64,000 nucleotides of DNA from Selaginella moellendorffii (taxonomy: Eukaryota; Plantae; Lycopodiophyta), in contig NW_003314324.1 in assembly GCF_000143415.4 (NCBI RefSeq), positions 410,011 to 474,010 on the forward strand. Direction: 5' to 3'. Below are positions 1 to 12,699 of the stretch, piece by piece. How positions within the stretch are numbered: position 1 is the first letter of the stretch; each line of letters starts with the position of its first letter. The position numbers were made by a program, and so were the translations under genes. The notes under the pieces were generated by a model. It had not been told where the DNA came from. It saw only the letters and a list, made by a program, of their open reading frames with translations, and ran no database searches.

Positions 1-121
1 GATGCACGTCTGCACTTTAAAAAGCCACTAATGCCTTCTCGTCTTCGCTGTTGCAGGATGCCGCAGTGGTGCTGTGAACAAGGAGCGAAACGAGTAAAAC
101 AACGAGAAGTGTTCAAGACAT
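1..121 (-). pseudogene. 5' end of an LRR protein paralog with a stop at codon 3 (continues out of the window)
   Basis: Near-identical to 2690-2818. The minus strand reads ATG TCT TGA, whereas the paralog reads ATG TCT AGG (MSRTLLVVLL). Confidence 0.75.
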
Positions 122-545
122 TGCAAGGGAACCCACAAGCCAATGATGATACGAGGTAATCTAAGAGGCTCACTCTCTATTTACGTTATAGGAGAGAACA
201 CGCACTGTGAGGGACGAAAGAGCTTCAAAGGTACTTATACTAAGAAGTCCTGCTGCTTATCTTCATGTTCTCATTGCAGTCGTTTCTTGGCCTTTGTGTT
301 TGTTTGCTGGCGGCGTTCCCGCACTGAGAATGACACTGTTCAATTGGTGGCCAGGAGGTTAACTTTTAGTTCCAAGTTCAATGGTTCTTACACACTCTCC
401 AGGTGATTACTTTACAACTAACAAGGTACACCATGTTTGTAAGGAATTTTTTTCCTGATAGGGGGGGCTCCATGATAGCTTCATATGCATGCACGCAAGG
501 CAACGAAATGCAGGCCGTCGATTCTCAAAACTCTTCTCTTTGTAT

Positions 546-2784
546 TCATCGTGGCCGCACAAAGGCAGAAGGCATGAAAACTAAAAGTCCCGCCATCTTC
601 ATGACAGAGCTGGGGGAGCGCTTGCCACAGAGCCCCGGATTGGCGGCAAAGTTCTCCGGATCCATGTCGATGAGCGGCTCTCCGCTAGGTATGGCGCCAG
701 TGAGCTGGTTGTGGGCAACATTCAAGTAGTTCAGTTTCTTGAGCGTCAGGAATTCCACTGGAATCTTGCCGGTCAGGCGGTTCCTGGCAAGGTCGAGCCT
801 CTGCAAGCTCGTGAGCTTGGCGAGGCTGGGAGGGATGGCGCCAGTGAGCGCGTTGTCATCCAGGTAGAGCGCCGTGAGTTGGGTCAGCTGACCAAGCTCT
901 GGTGGGATTTCCCCAGTGATGCGGTTGGAGCTGAGGCTTAGCACTGCGACGTCGCTGACGACGTCTTTGGCGTTTTGGGCCATTGGGATCTTGCCGAGCC
1001 AGCTCGGGATGGCTCCTGTGAGCTGGGAGTGGTCGAGCGCGAGGAAGGAAACTTGGGGGAGTGTGGTCAGTCCTTCGAGAGCCTGAAAGCTGAGGTTGTT
1101 GTAGTTGAGTCCGAGGTGGTACAGCGTTCCTTTTCCCATGTTGCTCAAGTCTATCGGGACTCCCGTAAGGAAGTTGTCGCGCAGCTCCAGATACCTCAAC
1201 TTGGGGAGAGTTTTTCCAAAGCTGTCTGGAAGTTTTCCTTGGATCTTGTTGGACTGGAGGAAGAGGTGCTTGAGGTTGGAGATTCGTCCCAAGGAATTGG
1301 GCAAAGCTCCGGTGATGGAGTTGAAGGAGAGGTCGATCTCGCATGTGAGCTCGGGGTGTTCCTTGAGGTTGATGCTTCCAAACCAGGAAGGTATTGATCC
1401 TTGGAGCTTGCAGCCGCTGAGAGAGATCGTTGAGAGCCCTGGGAGTGTTTTCAGCCCGGAGATGGCGTCAAAGCTAGTGATATTATTGTTATCAAGTTAT
1501 CAAGCTGCTAAGGTTGGCCATGTTAGTGGGAAGCCCAGTGAGGTTGTCCATCGAAAGCTGCAGCCTTTTGAGGTTTTTGAGCCCTTGAGCAAAACCATCT
1601 GGAATACGACTCGACAGCTGGCTTGCCGAGGCCCAGATTGGAGAGAAGGCCTAGAGACTAGGGGATGCTGCCGCTGAATGAGTTGGACGAGATATCCAGC
1701 TTGACAAGTTTGCTAAGACGGCCGAGAGAACTCGGTATTTGTCCGGTAAGCCCAGCGCCAGACAGCCAAAGTTCTTCCAGGGAAGCGAACTGGCCGAAAG
1801 AGCTCGGAATGGGGCCATGCATACCTCTGTTGAAAGAAAGGTCCAGTACCTTGAGCTTCTTGAGGTTGCCGAGCGTGTCGGGGCATCGTCCAGCGACGTT
1901 GGTGCCTGATATCTTCAACGTCTCAAAGCTGGCAAGCTTGCCTAGCGATGGAGGAATGGAGCCGGACAGCATGGTGACACTTAAGTCGAGATACTCCAAG
2001 TTTTGGAGGTCGCCGAGGCTCTTCGGAATGGATCCTGTGAGCTGGGAAATGCGCGAGAGATCGAGACGTTGGAGGCATTTCAGCTCCCCCAAAGACGAAG
2101 GAATGGAACCTGTGAGCTTGGAAGAGTCCGAGAGATCGAGCTGCTCAAGGCTTTTCAGTTTCCTCAAGAAGGAAGGAATGGAGCCTGTGAACAAGCTTGA
2201 TCTGAGATTCAAGACAAGAAGTTTCTCGAGCTTGGCGAGGAACGACGGAATGCGGCCTGAGCCGTCGGCCCTTTCAAGGATGAGGTACCTCAAGCTGGTA
2301 AGTTTCCCAACTACGGATGGAATCGGTCCCTCAAATCTATAACCTGTCAGATCCAGCGTTTGCAGTGTGGATGCGAGCTGAGCAAGCAACGATGGCAGTG
2401 GTCCGGAGAATAAGTTCCCTCCCAAGTCGAGAACTTCCAGCTGACGCAGCTTACCAAAGGCAGGAGGTACGGGACCATCCATGCCATTATCGTGGACGCT
2501 GAGAGTCCGGAGCTGAGAGAGGCTTCCCAGTTCTGGAGGCAGCGTACCTCTTAATCCCATGGACTCCAGCTTGAGCTCGCTCACACGTCCGCTAGCTTCA
2601 TCGCATTTGACACCAGGGCACAGCAGCTGGATTGCTGGGTCCAGTTGGTAAGCAGCTTACTCCGATCGCCGTCGGCATTTTTGAAAGCCAGCAATGCCTT
2701 CTCGTCTTCGCTGTTGCAGGATGCCGCAGTGGTGCCGTGAACAAGGAGCGAAACGAGTAAAACAACGAGAAGTGTCCTAGACAT
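546..2784 (-). pseudogene. Secreted LRR protein (PGIP/RLP-like, no TM or kinase domain), disrupted
   Basis: Signal peptide MSRTLLVVLLVSLLV and LRRNT cap (CNSEDEKALLAFK...W...CC), then plant LxxLxLxxNxLxGxIP repeats and C-cap NFAANPGLCG. There is a frameshift near 2615, a TAG at 1658 and further shifts between 1400 and 1650. Confidence 0.85.
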
Positions 2785-2818
2785 TGCAAGAGAACCTGCA
2801 AGACAATGATGATACGAG

Positions 2819-3112
2819 TGTCTCAACCAAAAACAAGGTTCAGGGGACTCCGACTTTGAACCCAGGGCTGCATCGGAGCCATAGATTAAATCATGCACAG
2901 CATATGGTATATGCTAGCAGTTAGAACCGCTAGCATTTCAAAAGGGGGAATCCAAATTGTGGATCCCTATCTCCATTCCATCGTTTTTCTTATCAATACA
3001 TAGCATTCTTTTACTCGTGCTTCTTCTCTGCCCTTGGAGATCGGGCCATTTTCTCTTTTGTTTTCTTACTAACAATAGATTTCCAGCGAAGAGGAGTTTT
3101 CTCACCTCTTCA
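2819..3112 (+). repeat. 5' LTR of family C (about 294 bp)
   Basis: Runs TGTCTC...CTCTTCA and is followed by TT-TGGCAACCAC. An inverted copy lies at about 8690-8983. Confidence 0.75.
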
Positions 3113-3114
3113 TT

Positions 3115-3124
3115 TGGCAACCAC
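3115..3124 (+). promoter_or_regulatory. Primer-binding site, probably tRNA-Arg
   Basis: TGGCAACCAC here and TGGCGACCAC in the nested copy. It is complementary to a tRNA ending GUGGUCGCCA, the plant tRNA-Arg(UCG) type. Confidence 0.55.
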
Positions 3125-3279
3125 GGCTTCTGAATTCCCCTTCAGGTTCACAAATTCTTCCATTTTTTTCTCCATTCTCTGTGCGTAGATAGCAAGAACG
3201 ATCCAGAAATCTACCCATCTCGCCCAAATTCGCCCACATTACGCCCTAATTCGTACATTCGCCCAAATTCAACACGCAA

Positions 3280-4197
3280 ATGCCACTGCCACCATGGATC
3301 AACGGCGTCCAAGCGGTTGATGCCCAACGCAGTAAAGACAGAAACTTTCTAGAGGAGATCTTTGAAGAATCTGCAAGCTCTCTCTCGAGATCTCCAAGTC
3401 CAATCACCGACGGAGAACACCAACGACTCTCTTTGACAAGAAACTCCAATCTACCAGCACCTTCATCAGCAAACACCTTCAGCAGCTTCATTGGCAAATT
3501 CCATCTCCGAGCACAAGACCACCCACTCCAAGTTCGAGACATCAACCCGCGCCCTCGACACAAACCGACACCACTACCGAAACGAACCCATCTTCTGTGC
3601 AGTCGTCGACCCAGCAATCCTAGCGTTCCGACACAAGTCCAATTCCTGCGCCCACTCCAAATACCGAAGCACATCCTCAAAACCTACACCAACGACGAAC
3701 CCATCACTTTGTTACCCGGTATCGGACAACTTGTCGAGGGACAACTTCACAACGCACCACCGATTTTTCGACAACCCCTCCGACAAAGTCAGCAGCTCAG
3801 CACTGAAACAACAGTCCGAACTCGGTTCGAAATCAACACGTTCGCTGCAACAACTCTCGCCAATCACGCCATCGCCCAATCCGGACTCGAACAACTCGAT
3901 GACATTATCGAAGAAATCATTCCAGACAAACCCGAATATCTGAAACTCTTCATTGAACTCCATCTCGGCACCAGCACATGGAAGACTAGTTTGCATATTG
4001 CACCAGCACACTCGACCCAACACAAATCGGCTGAACACAACCCAACCCAACACACACCACCGTCGATATTTGCACTGAAAAGAACGAACAAGCTCACAAC
4101 GACTTTATCAACAATTGGCCCACCGACAGTCTTCCCAAAGTTCTTCCCGAACTGCATGATTGACTGCAGACACAAATCTGACACCGACAACCAGTAG
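3280..4197 (+). CDS. Extra ORF upstream of gag (305 aa, unknown function)
   Basis: Open frame between the PBS and gag. Its ATG context and the TAG at 4195-4197 are shared by the nested second copy. Confidence 0.5.
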   Translation: MPLPPWINGVQAVDAQRSKDRNFLEEIFEESASSLSRSPSPITDGEHQRLSLTRNSNLPAPSSANTFSSFIGKFHLRAQDHPLQVRDINPRPRHKPTPLPKRTHLLCSRRPSNPSVPTQVQFLRPLQIPKHILKTYTNDEPITLLPGIGQLVEGQLHNAPPIFRQPLRQSQQLSTETTVRTRFEINTFAATTLANHAIAQSGLEQLDDIIEEIIPDKPEYLKLFIELHLGTSTWKTSLHIAPAHSTQHKSAEHNPTQHTPPSIFALKRTNKLTTTLSTIGPPTVFPKFFPNCMIDCRHKSDTDNQ

Positions 4198-4205
4198 AAG
4201 AATGC

Positions 4206-7200
4206 ATGTATCCAAAACCACGAAGAACATCCAGCAAGTCGGAAGAAGACCGACAACGACTTATCCGACGTTTAGATAGAGATTTGAAGAATTTAGAAAC
4301 AAAGAGAAAGAAAGACCAAGAGAAGTTGAATCAAATTCTTAGACCCTCCAAGAGAGAGAATTACATCCGACACGAATTATTACCGCGAGCTAACTCCGAC
4401 GAATCAGTATCGGACATCCGCGAAGAATACGACAACTACACAACACCACCGGACACACCACCTGCAGCACCCTCGACAGCACCCACGGAAGTGCCCGAGC
4501 CTGAATCAGCACCCTTGACGGCACCCACCAAAGTGCCCGAGCCCAACCAAACATTCGAGCAGTCGACACAGACTACGCCTGAGCAACAAAACATTTTTCA
4601 AGCAGCATACAACCACTTCAAAGGTACATTCACCAACCCCATCTACAGTGACAACGAACGACCAATTTTCCCGCCTAGCTTCACAGACTTCACCAGACCA
4701 GCACCATTTTCGCCATACCGACCGATCTTCACAACACCAATATATCCCACATTTGCTTCCAACATCTATCAAAGCCCGCTATCAGCAAGACCTTTCGAAC
4801 ACGCTTTCGACTTCAACGCGCCGACGAGACAACAACTCGACTTCACCAATTACAGTCGCACTCCAATATACCCAGTCAGCAGCAGTAAAGACGAACAACC
4901 CGAATCGTCCAATAGTCAAGCACTCCACATCAACAACTCACACCAACCTGCCGAACAGCTACAATCATCCAACAACAACGAGATCGACGAACCAATTGTC
5001 GACGACAACAATCTTCCACAGCAACCACAATCACCACACAACTATATGATCGAAGAACTCTTTGACAATTTAGAAGAACAACCACAACCAACACAACATA
5101 ACTCCGACAAGTACGTCGACAACAAGTTCGAACACCATCTTCCGCAAATCAACACCGGCAAGCAACCCGACACCAACGACGACGACGACGTCGACGACAC
5201 ACCCGACAACAGTCCCAACACAGTAGGAACAACAAAGAAGAGTCCACTAAACAACAACAACAATTCACCACCTTCCTCTTACACCACCTTTGCCGTCGAC
5301 CCTGACAACCCCTTGCTCCAAATCACCTTAGGACTCCACAGTGACAATCTGACAAAACAACCTCGACAATACCGACATTATTACCAACAGCAAATGGCAG
5401 TCACTACTGCCGTCGCCAACATACCAGTCGGAAGACATGTCTCCTATCCACTATTTCATGGTCTGAAGTCAGAAGATGCCGAGAAACATGTTGAACAGTT
5501 CCGAGAAGCCATCCGAATCAACAACCAGACGACCGAACTTCCATACTATTTCCGATGTACCCTTCGAAAGAGAGCCAACGAATGGGCTCAAACGCTTCCT
5601 CAAAATACAAGTTTTGACGACCTCACACTCAAACTCGTAGACCGATTCAAGTCTTCCCTCACTCAAAGCCAACGACTTCACAAGATCCAAAAACTCAAGC
5701 AGAAGTCCGGTCAATCTATCGACGACTACACTCAAACCTTCACTCGACATGCTAGCAAATGCGGAAACAGTGCCACCGAAACATTACTTTACCAATGGTA
5801 CATGCAAGGACTCCGACGATCCCTCCGAGAAGCAGCAACACACATCAACGTTGCCACTTACCTCGAACTCGCAAGAGCCCTTCAAGATGTTCAAGCTCGA
5901 CGAATGACAGCACAAGTAGATGACACAGATAACTCAGATTCTGATAGCAGTTCCGATGACGACTCTGACGATGAACTCGGAGAGAGCACCAAGTCAAAAC
6001 TTCAGAAACTCAAGAAAACAATCGACAAGCTCAAGGGAAAAGCCAAGACCAACATCAAAGAATTTCGATCTGGAATTTGGTGTACTAAGTGCAAGAACGA
6101 AGGACATCCGGCAAGTGACTGCAAGCTCCAAATCTCCAAATGCCAAATCTGTGCCAAAGAAGGTCATGACGCCAAGACTTGCAGATTTCGAAATTCTCCA
6201 GAAGTTCGACAAGTCTCGAACTCTCCCCGACAGCAGTTTCGACAAGCATATCCAAATCAATACTTCGACAATCACCAAGCACCACCTCCAACAAACTGGA
6301 GACCGCTCAGAAACAACTTCCAACACCAGAGTCGACAATGGAATGATCAACCTCGCTACAACAACTACAACAATTACAATAACGACTACAACAACAACTA
6401 CAACGATCGACAATACCTGCCGAACCGGAACTACCCGGCAAACCGAGACAACTACAACCAAGGATACCAACAATACCCAAGATACCAAAACCGAAGATAC
6501 CAAGGCCAAGGTTATCAAGACCAGGCCTACCAAGGCAACTACAACAACCGACTATGGCAACCTCGACTTCAAAACCAAGGCGGTCCGCCGAGACTTGGTC
6601 CACCGCCTCCTCGACAACAAGATCAGAACCAGCAGCAACCACCAACAACAAGGATGGTCGAGACCGACGAACTACCTTATGCCGACAATGACGACTCAGA
6701 TCCTCAAGTCATGGCAGTACAAACCCGAGCACAAATTTGAGCAGAAAAACAACAACAACCGGACAGAGATTCCGGAGATAGTGAAGAGAAAGGCCCTGAG
6801 AGCCCGACAAAACTCCGGGAATGGAAAAAGAAGCAGAAGTTAGCTGCCAAGATACAGCAGCAACTCGCTCTACACCCACCCGAATTAGTGATTTTAGACT
6901 CCGACAATGAAGCTCAACCATCACCAGCTCGACAACAATGCCAAGACTCAATACCAGAAAACGGACAGACAAATCGTCCAACATCGACACCGACACCAGA
7001 ACACAATTCGGCAAACTTCGACAAAATCCAAGCAGTCGCAGAGACTATCCTCAACCAAAATATTCAGATCACCATCGGCCAACTGCTGAAGATTGCACCC
7101 TACCTCACCAAACAGCTCACCGATCTGACATCTGCACCAACCAACACTTTGATAGACTCGCCCACACTCAACTCGACACAGACAGCTGTTGACACATTTT

Positions 7201-7600
7201 GAACCGAGATTCAACCAGGCAATTGTGACATTGATGTTCCGACAATTGACCTACGACTCGACAAATATCTTGTTCGAGGAGCCATAATTGACGGCGGCTC
7301 CAGCGTTAATATTATTGAAGAAAGTCTTGTTCAACAACTCAACATTGGCCCAGTTCACCCAGCACCTTTCAATGTCCGAATGGCCGACCACCAATCTGTT
7401 CAACCCAAAGGCATCATCCAAAAAGTCAACACCACCATTCAAGGCGTCAAAATACCAGTCAACTATGTCATCCTCAAACTACTGGAGCAGACCGACGGAT
7501 ACTCAATTCTCCTCGGTCGACCTTGGCTCCGAACTGCCCAAGTTTATCAAGATTGGCCCAATGACAATCTTATCCTTCACGGACCAGATGGACCAACAAT
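4206..7600 (+). pseudogene. gag: gag-protease of family C, with two in-frame TGA stops
   Basis: Capsid-like region, knuckles CTKCKNEGHPASDC and CQICAKEGHDAKTC, protease AIIDGGSSVNI and ILLGRPWL. ORFs 4206, 6888 and 7380 share one frame and are broken only by TGA codons (probable CGA>TGA). Confidence 0.85.
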
Positions 7601-8983
7601 TGAAAAATGTTTTGTTGCTCGGGCGTAGTCTGTGTCGACTGCTCGAATGTTCGGTTGGGCTCGGGCACTTTGGTGGGTGCCGTCGAGGGTGCTGATTCAG
7701 GCTCGGGCACTTCGGTGGGTGCTGTCGAGGGTGCTGCCGGTGGTGTGTCCGGTGGTGTTGTGTAGTTGTCGTATTCTTCGCGGATGTCCGATACTGATTC
7801 GTCGGAGTTAGCTCGCGGTAATAATTCGTGTCGGATGTAATTCTCTCTCTTGGAGGGTCTAAGAATTTGATTCAACTTCTCTTGGTCTTTCTTTCTCTTT
7901 GTTTCTAAATTCTTCAAATCTCTATCTAAACGTCGGATAAGCCGTTGTCGGTCTTCTTCCGACTTGCTGGATGTTCTTCGTGGTTTTGGATACATGCATT
8001 CTTCTACTGGTTGTCGGTGTCAGATTTGTGTCTGCAGTCAATCATGCAGTTCGGGCAGAACTTGGGGAAGACTGTCCGATACCGGGTAACAGAGTGATGG
8101 GTTCGTCGTTGGTGTAGGTTTTGAGGATGTGCTTCGGTATTTGGAGTGGGCGCAGGAATTGGACTTGTGTCGGAACGCTAGGATTGCTGGGTCGACGACT
8201 GCACAGAAGATGGGTTTGTTTCGGTAGTGGTGTCGGTTTGTGTCGAGGGCGCTGGTTGATGTCTCGAACTTGGAGTGGGTGGTCTTGTGCTCGGAGATGG
8301 AGTTTGCCAATGAAGCTGCTGAGGGCGTTTGCTGATGAAGGTGCTGGTAGATTGGAGTTTCTTGTCAAAGAGAGTCGTTGGTGTTCTTCATCGGTGATTG
8401 GACTTGGAGATCTCGAAAGAGAGCTTGCAGATTCTTCAAAGATCTCCTCTGGAAAGTTTCTGTCTTTACTGCGTTGGGCAGCAACCGCTTGGACGCCGTT
8501 GATCCATGGTGGCAGTGGCATTTGCGTGTTGAATTTGGGCAAATGTACGAATTAGGGCGTAATTTGGGTGAATTTGGGCGAGATGGGTAGATTTCTGGAT
8601 CGTTCTTGCTATCTGCGCACAGAGAATGGAGAAAAAAAATGGAAGAATTTGTGAACCTGAAGGGGAATTCAGAAGCCGTGGTCGCCAAATGAAGAGGTGA
8701 GAAAACCCCTCTTCGCTGGAAATCTATTGTTAGTAAGAAAACAAAAGAGACAATGGCCCGATCTCCAAGGGCAGAGAAGAAGCACGAGTAAAAGAATGCT
8801 GTGTATTGATAAGACAAACGATGGAATGGAGATAGGGATCCACAATTTGGATTCCCCCTTTTGAAATGCTAGCGGTTCTAACTGCTAGCATATACCATAT
8901 GCTGTGCATGATTTAATCTATGGCTCCGATGCAGCCCTGGGTTCAAAGTCAGAGTCCCCTGAACCTTGTTTTTGGTTGAGACA
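7601..8983 (-). mobile_element. Nested inverted partial copy of family C (LTR, PBS, internally deleted extra ORF, gag start)
   Basis: Reverse complement of 2819-3728 joined through GACA microhomology to 4129-4600. Flanks are ACAAT/ACAAC. Removing it and one flank restores the host PR-RT frame (GPDGPT-TVSTKATK). Confidence 0.9.
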
Positions 8984-11685
8984 ACAACTGTGTCGACAAA
9001 AGCGACTAAATCGCTGTCCAGCCACAACTGACCTATTGACTTGGAAGAATATAGTCTCGAAGATGGCCTCGACGACTATCAAGAACAACAAATTCTCACA
9101 GCCTACCCCGATCTCGAACCTTTGGCCGAGATCGACCTCTTCCGAATTGTCGCTGACTTCCAACGAGAACGACCCCCGATTACATCAACACTGAAAAATC
9201 CAGTCACTCGAGATACAAAACTCGAAGCGCCACCGGCATTCACAGTCAACAACCACAACAAAGTTGCCTACATTCCGTCAATTCCAGCAGACCAAAAACT
9301 CGAAAAAGTCAGCCTTGCCGACGACGGCAACGAACACTACATTGTACTCGCCACTGACATCTCGGCAAGTTTTCGAGACAAAGGCATCAATCTTCTCCGA
9401 AAGAAGAAACACTTGTTCGCTTGGAGTTATCGAGACCTTAAGGGAGTTTCGCCAAAACTCAGCCTTCACACCATCACCCTTCTTCCTGACTCAAAACCAA
9501 GAAGACAAGCAGCCTACCGGATGAACCCGAATCTGATGGAACAAGTAAAGAAAGAAATTGACAAGCTTCTCCAAGTTGAGTACATCTACCCGATTCAGAA
9601 TCCGATATGGCTTTCACCACTGGTGGTTGTGCCGAAGAAAAACGGCAAACTTCGAATCTGCGTCAACTATAAACAGCTCAACGACGCCACTGAAAAAGAT
9701 GTCTTCCCGATACCATTTACCGACGAAGTTCTTGATGCAGTCGCTGGACACGAGATGTATTCCTTCCTTGATGGTTTCTCCGGCTACAACCAAATTCACA
9801 TCGCCGAAGAAGATCAGTACAAGACAGCATTCATCAGTCCATGGGGAGCCTATGCTTATCGACGAATGCCTTTTGGACTCTGCAACGCCCCATTCACCTT
9901 CCAAAGGCTTGTTACCAACACTTTCCGAGACTACCTCACTGACTTCATGAGAGTCTTCATGGACGACTTCAGCGTTTTCAGCTCGGAAGATCAACATCTT
10001 GAATGCCTGGAGAAATGCCTCAACAAGTGTGAGGAGAACAACATAGCACTCAACCCCGACAAATGCGCTTTCTTCGTCAAATCTGGAGTACTCCTCGGCC
10101 ACGTTGTCTGCAAAGATGGCATTCTCATCGACAAGGACAAAGTTGACGTCATCTCCAAACTTGAACCGCCGAAGAACCAGAAAGAACTTCGGCGCTTCCT
10201 CGGCAAAGTCGGATATCACCGACGATTCATCCACAAGTACGCTCACATTGCCAAACCACTCACCGATGGACTAAAACAAGATGCCCAATGGACATGGACG
10301 TCCGAACAGCAACAAGCATTCGATAATCTCCGACTCAAACTAACAACAGCACCGATCCTTGCCAAGCCCGACTGGACACAAGAGTTCCACATTCATGTCG
10401 ACACTTCCAACGTCGCCACTGGTGCAATTTTGAGCCAAACTCAACACGACAACCGCGATCAACCGATCTACTACGCCAGCCGACTACTCAACCCAGCTGA
10501 ACGAAATTACACCACCACCGAGAAAGAAGCTCTCGGCATGATCTACTCACTTCAGAAGTTTCGACACTACATACTGTCAACTAAAGTCGTAATTTTCGTC
10601 GACCACAAGGCACTCCTTTACCTCATCAACAAGCCAATACTATCTGGTCGAATATCAAGATGGTTCCTTTTACTACAAGAATACAACTTTGAGATCGTCC
10701 ACAAACCCGGCAAAAATCATGAACAAGCAGATTATCTCAGTCGGATCACCACCGGCGACAAACCCGAAATACTTACCGATGACTTACCCGACTCAAACCT
10801 ATTCCGAGTTTCAATACCAGCAACCTAGCTCGATGACGTCTTCAGTTACCTCAACTCAGCAAAAGTTCCAGATCAGTACACTACGTCCGACCAAAAGAAG
10901 ACTTTTGTTGCTAAAACCCGACGATACTCAATCATTGGAGGCACTCTCTACAAACTCGGAATTGACAACATTCTTCGCCGATGCATCAAGCAGCCACACA
11001 CAACTCAAATCATCAAGGAAGCTCATGATGGACCTTCCGGCGGACACTTCGCTGCTGACACAACCACTCGGAAGATTCTTCAAGCCGGCCTCTGGTGGTC
11101 GACACTCTGGCACGACACTGAAGAATTCTGCAAACGCTGCGAAACATGTCAAAGACACCGATTACCACCGAAAACTCAGACTCAACAACTCAACCCAACA
11201 TTCCCAATGGCACCATTTCAGAAATGGGGACTCGACTTCGTCGGACCCCAAGTCAGCACCCGTCGACGAAATCAGTACATCATCGTCGCCACCGATTACA
11301 CTACCAAGTGGGCCGAAGCAATACCTCTCCAACATGCCACAGCAAAAGCAACAGCAACCTTCATCTACGAAAATATCATCACTCGTTTCGGCACACCACT
11401 TGAACTCGTCACCGATAGAGGCACCCATTTCATCAACCAAACAATCGAACATCTCGCCACCGAGTTCAAACTCCAACATAAAACGTCGACACCATACTAT
11501 CCTCAAGGCAACAGTCAAGCAGAAGCAACGAACAAAACACTGAAGACCATCCTCAAAAAAGTCATCAACGATTCCGGCAAAGACTGGGATGACAAACTTC
11601 TTGATGTACTTTGGGCCTATCGAACTGCGTATAAAGTCACCACCGACATGACGCCATTTAAACTCGCCTTCGGAACAGAAGCCAC
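8984..11685 (+). pseudogene. pol: pol (RT-RNase H-integrase) of family C
   Basis: RT LDGFSGYNQI, MPFGLCNAP and FMDD; RH HVDTS and NYTTTEKE; INT WGLDFVGP, TDRGTHF and PYYPQGNSQAE. In-frame stop at 10826-10828. Confidence 0.9.
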
Positions 11686-12522
11686 GGTGTTCCAAGACAC
11701 TAAATCCCTGTGAGGCATCTCATTCAAGAGTTTTTAAGCTTCTTCTACACATCTACATCAAATAACCAAAAATAACATGATGTTGAAAGAATAGAGTTCC
11801 TCTCCCAATAATGCCACTCAAGAATCCCGTTGCATGCAATGCCGTGCTAGCCAGATATGCCCACGCTGGCAAAGTTGAGCAGGCAAAATGTATATTTGAC
11901 TGAATGGCATGTTGGAGTTTAGTATTGTGGAGTTCACTGCTGCATGTCTACACAGGATCAAGAGATATGGACTTGACACGACGATTTTCTGCCATACCAG
12001 CACCTAGTTTCCTGGAACACCATGCTTAATACTTATGCCCAAAATGCAGGGTCATGTTCCATGCTAGAAAACCTTTCGTTGAGATGCCAGAGAAGAATGA
12101 AGTTTCTTGGGATGCAATTCTCACTACATTTACCCAAGCAGGGGATTCAAGTTGTTTCACAAAATGCAGATCGCCGGCATAGTTGGATTTGTCTCAGCTC
12201 TCAGTGTTGCCAGTATTGAATGTGCTAGAAGTTGCTTTAGCTTTTGATTGTGGCATTCAGCCATGTCACAACCATTACTCCTGCATGATCGATGGCTTGG
12301 CAAGAGCTGGTTTCATAGACAATGCAAGAGAACCCATCGCAAACATTTCCCACTTCTTTGGCTGCATGTCAGAGCCTTGCATGGAACCTACATATCAAAA
12401 TGGGTATCTAGAATTGCTGTGTGCAGCAGGGCCATGTATGCATATCAAAATGGGAGTCTGGAATTGCTGTGAGCAGCAGGGCCGTGGATCCTCTCCTAGC
12501 AAATGTATGGGCCTAGCATTGA
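11683..12522 (+). pseudogene. Heavily deleted PPR1 relic (first about 70 bp inverted)
   Basis: 11683-11755 is the reverse complement of about 14880-14951. 11819-12522 matches 15483-16302 with many deletions. Confidence 0.8.
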
Positions 12523-12699
12523 CAGAAAGAAAAATAAAATTGTTGCTTGGTATCTTGTCAAAAATTTTAGACTATAAGTCAAACTCTTAACATTTGTGTT
12601 TCAAATTCAAATAATTTTGTCTTTATTGTCTAGAACGCCTTGGATTGTAGTCCTGCCTTCCAACCCTAAATCCCCCAAGCCATAGAATATTATTAGAAA

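Larger units (their letters stand above)
2819..11685 (+). mobile_element. Ty3/gypsy LTR retrotransposon (family C, non-chromovirus-like), 3'-truncated
   Basis: TG..CA LTR at 2819-3112 and a PBS, then extra ORF, gag with two CCHC knuckles, PR, RT, RH and INT in gypsy order. It ends within the integrase at a PPR fragment. The paralog at about 155 shows the empty site (GATACGAG|GTAATC). Confidence 0.9.

Noticed and set aside
143-729. Plus-strand ORFs 143-406 and 403-729
   Set aside because: Intergenic or antisense to the LRR gene, with no supporting features.
5920-6843. Thr-rich 307-aa ORF overlapping gag
   Set aside because: Alternative frame of AC-rich low-complexity gag sequence.
6738-7202. 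Programmed readthrough at TGA codons in family C
   Set aside because: Several TGA/TAG stops are scattered through gag-pol and are better explained by deamination.
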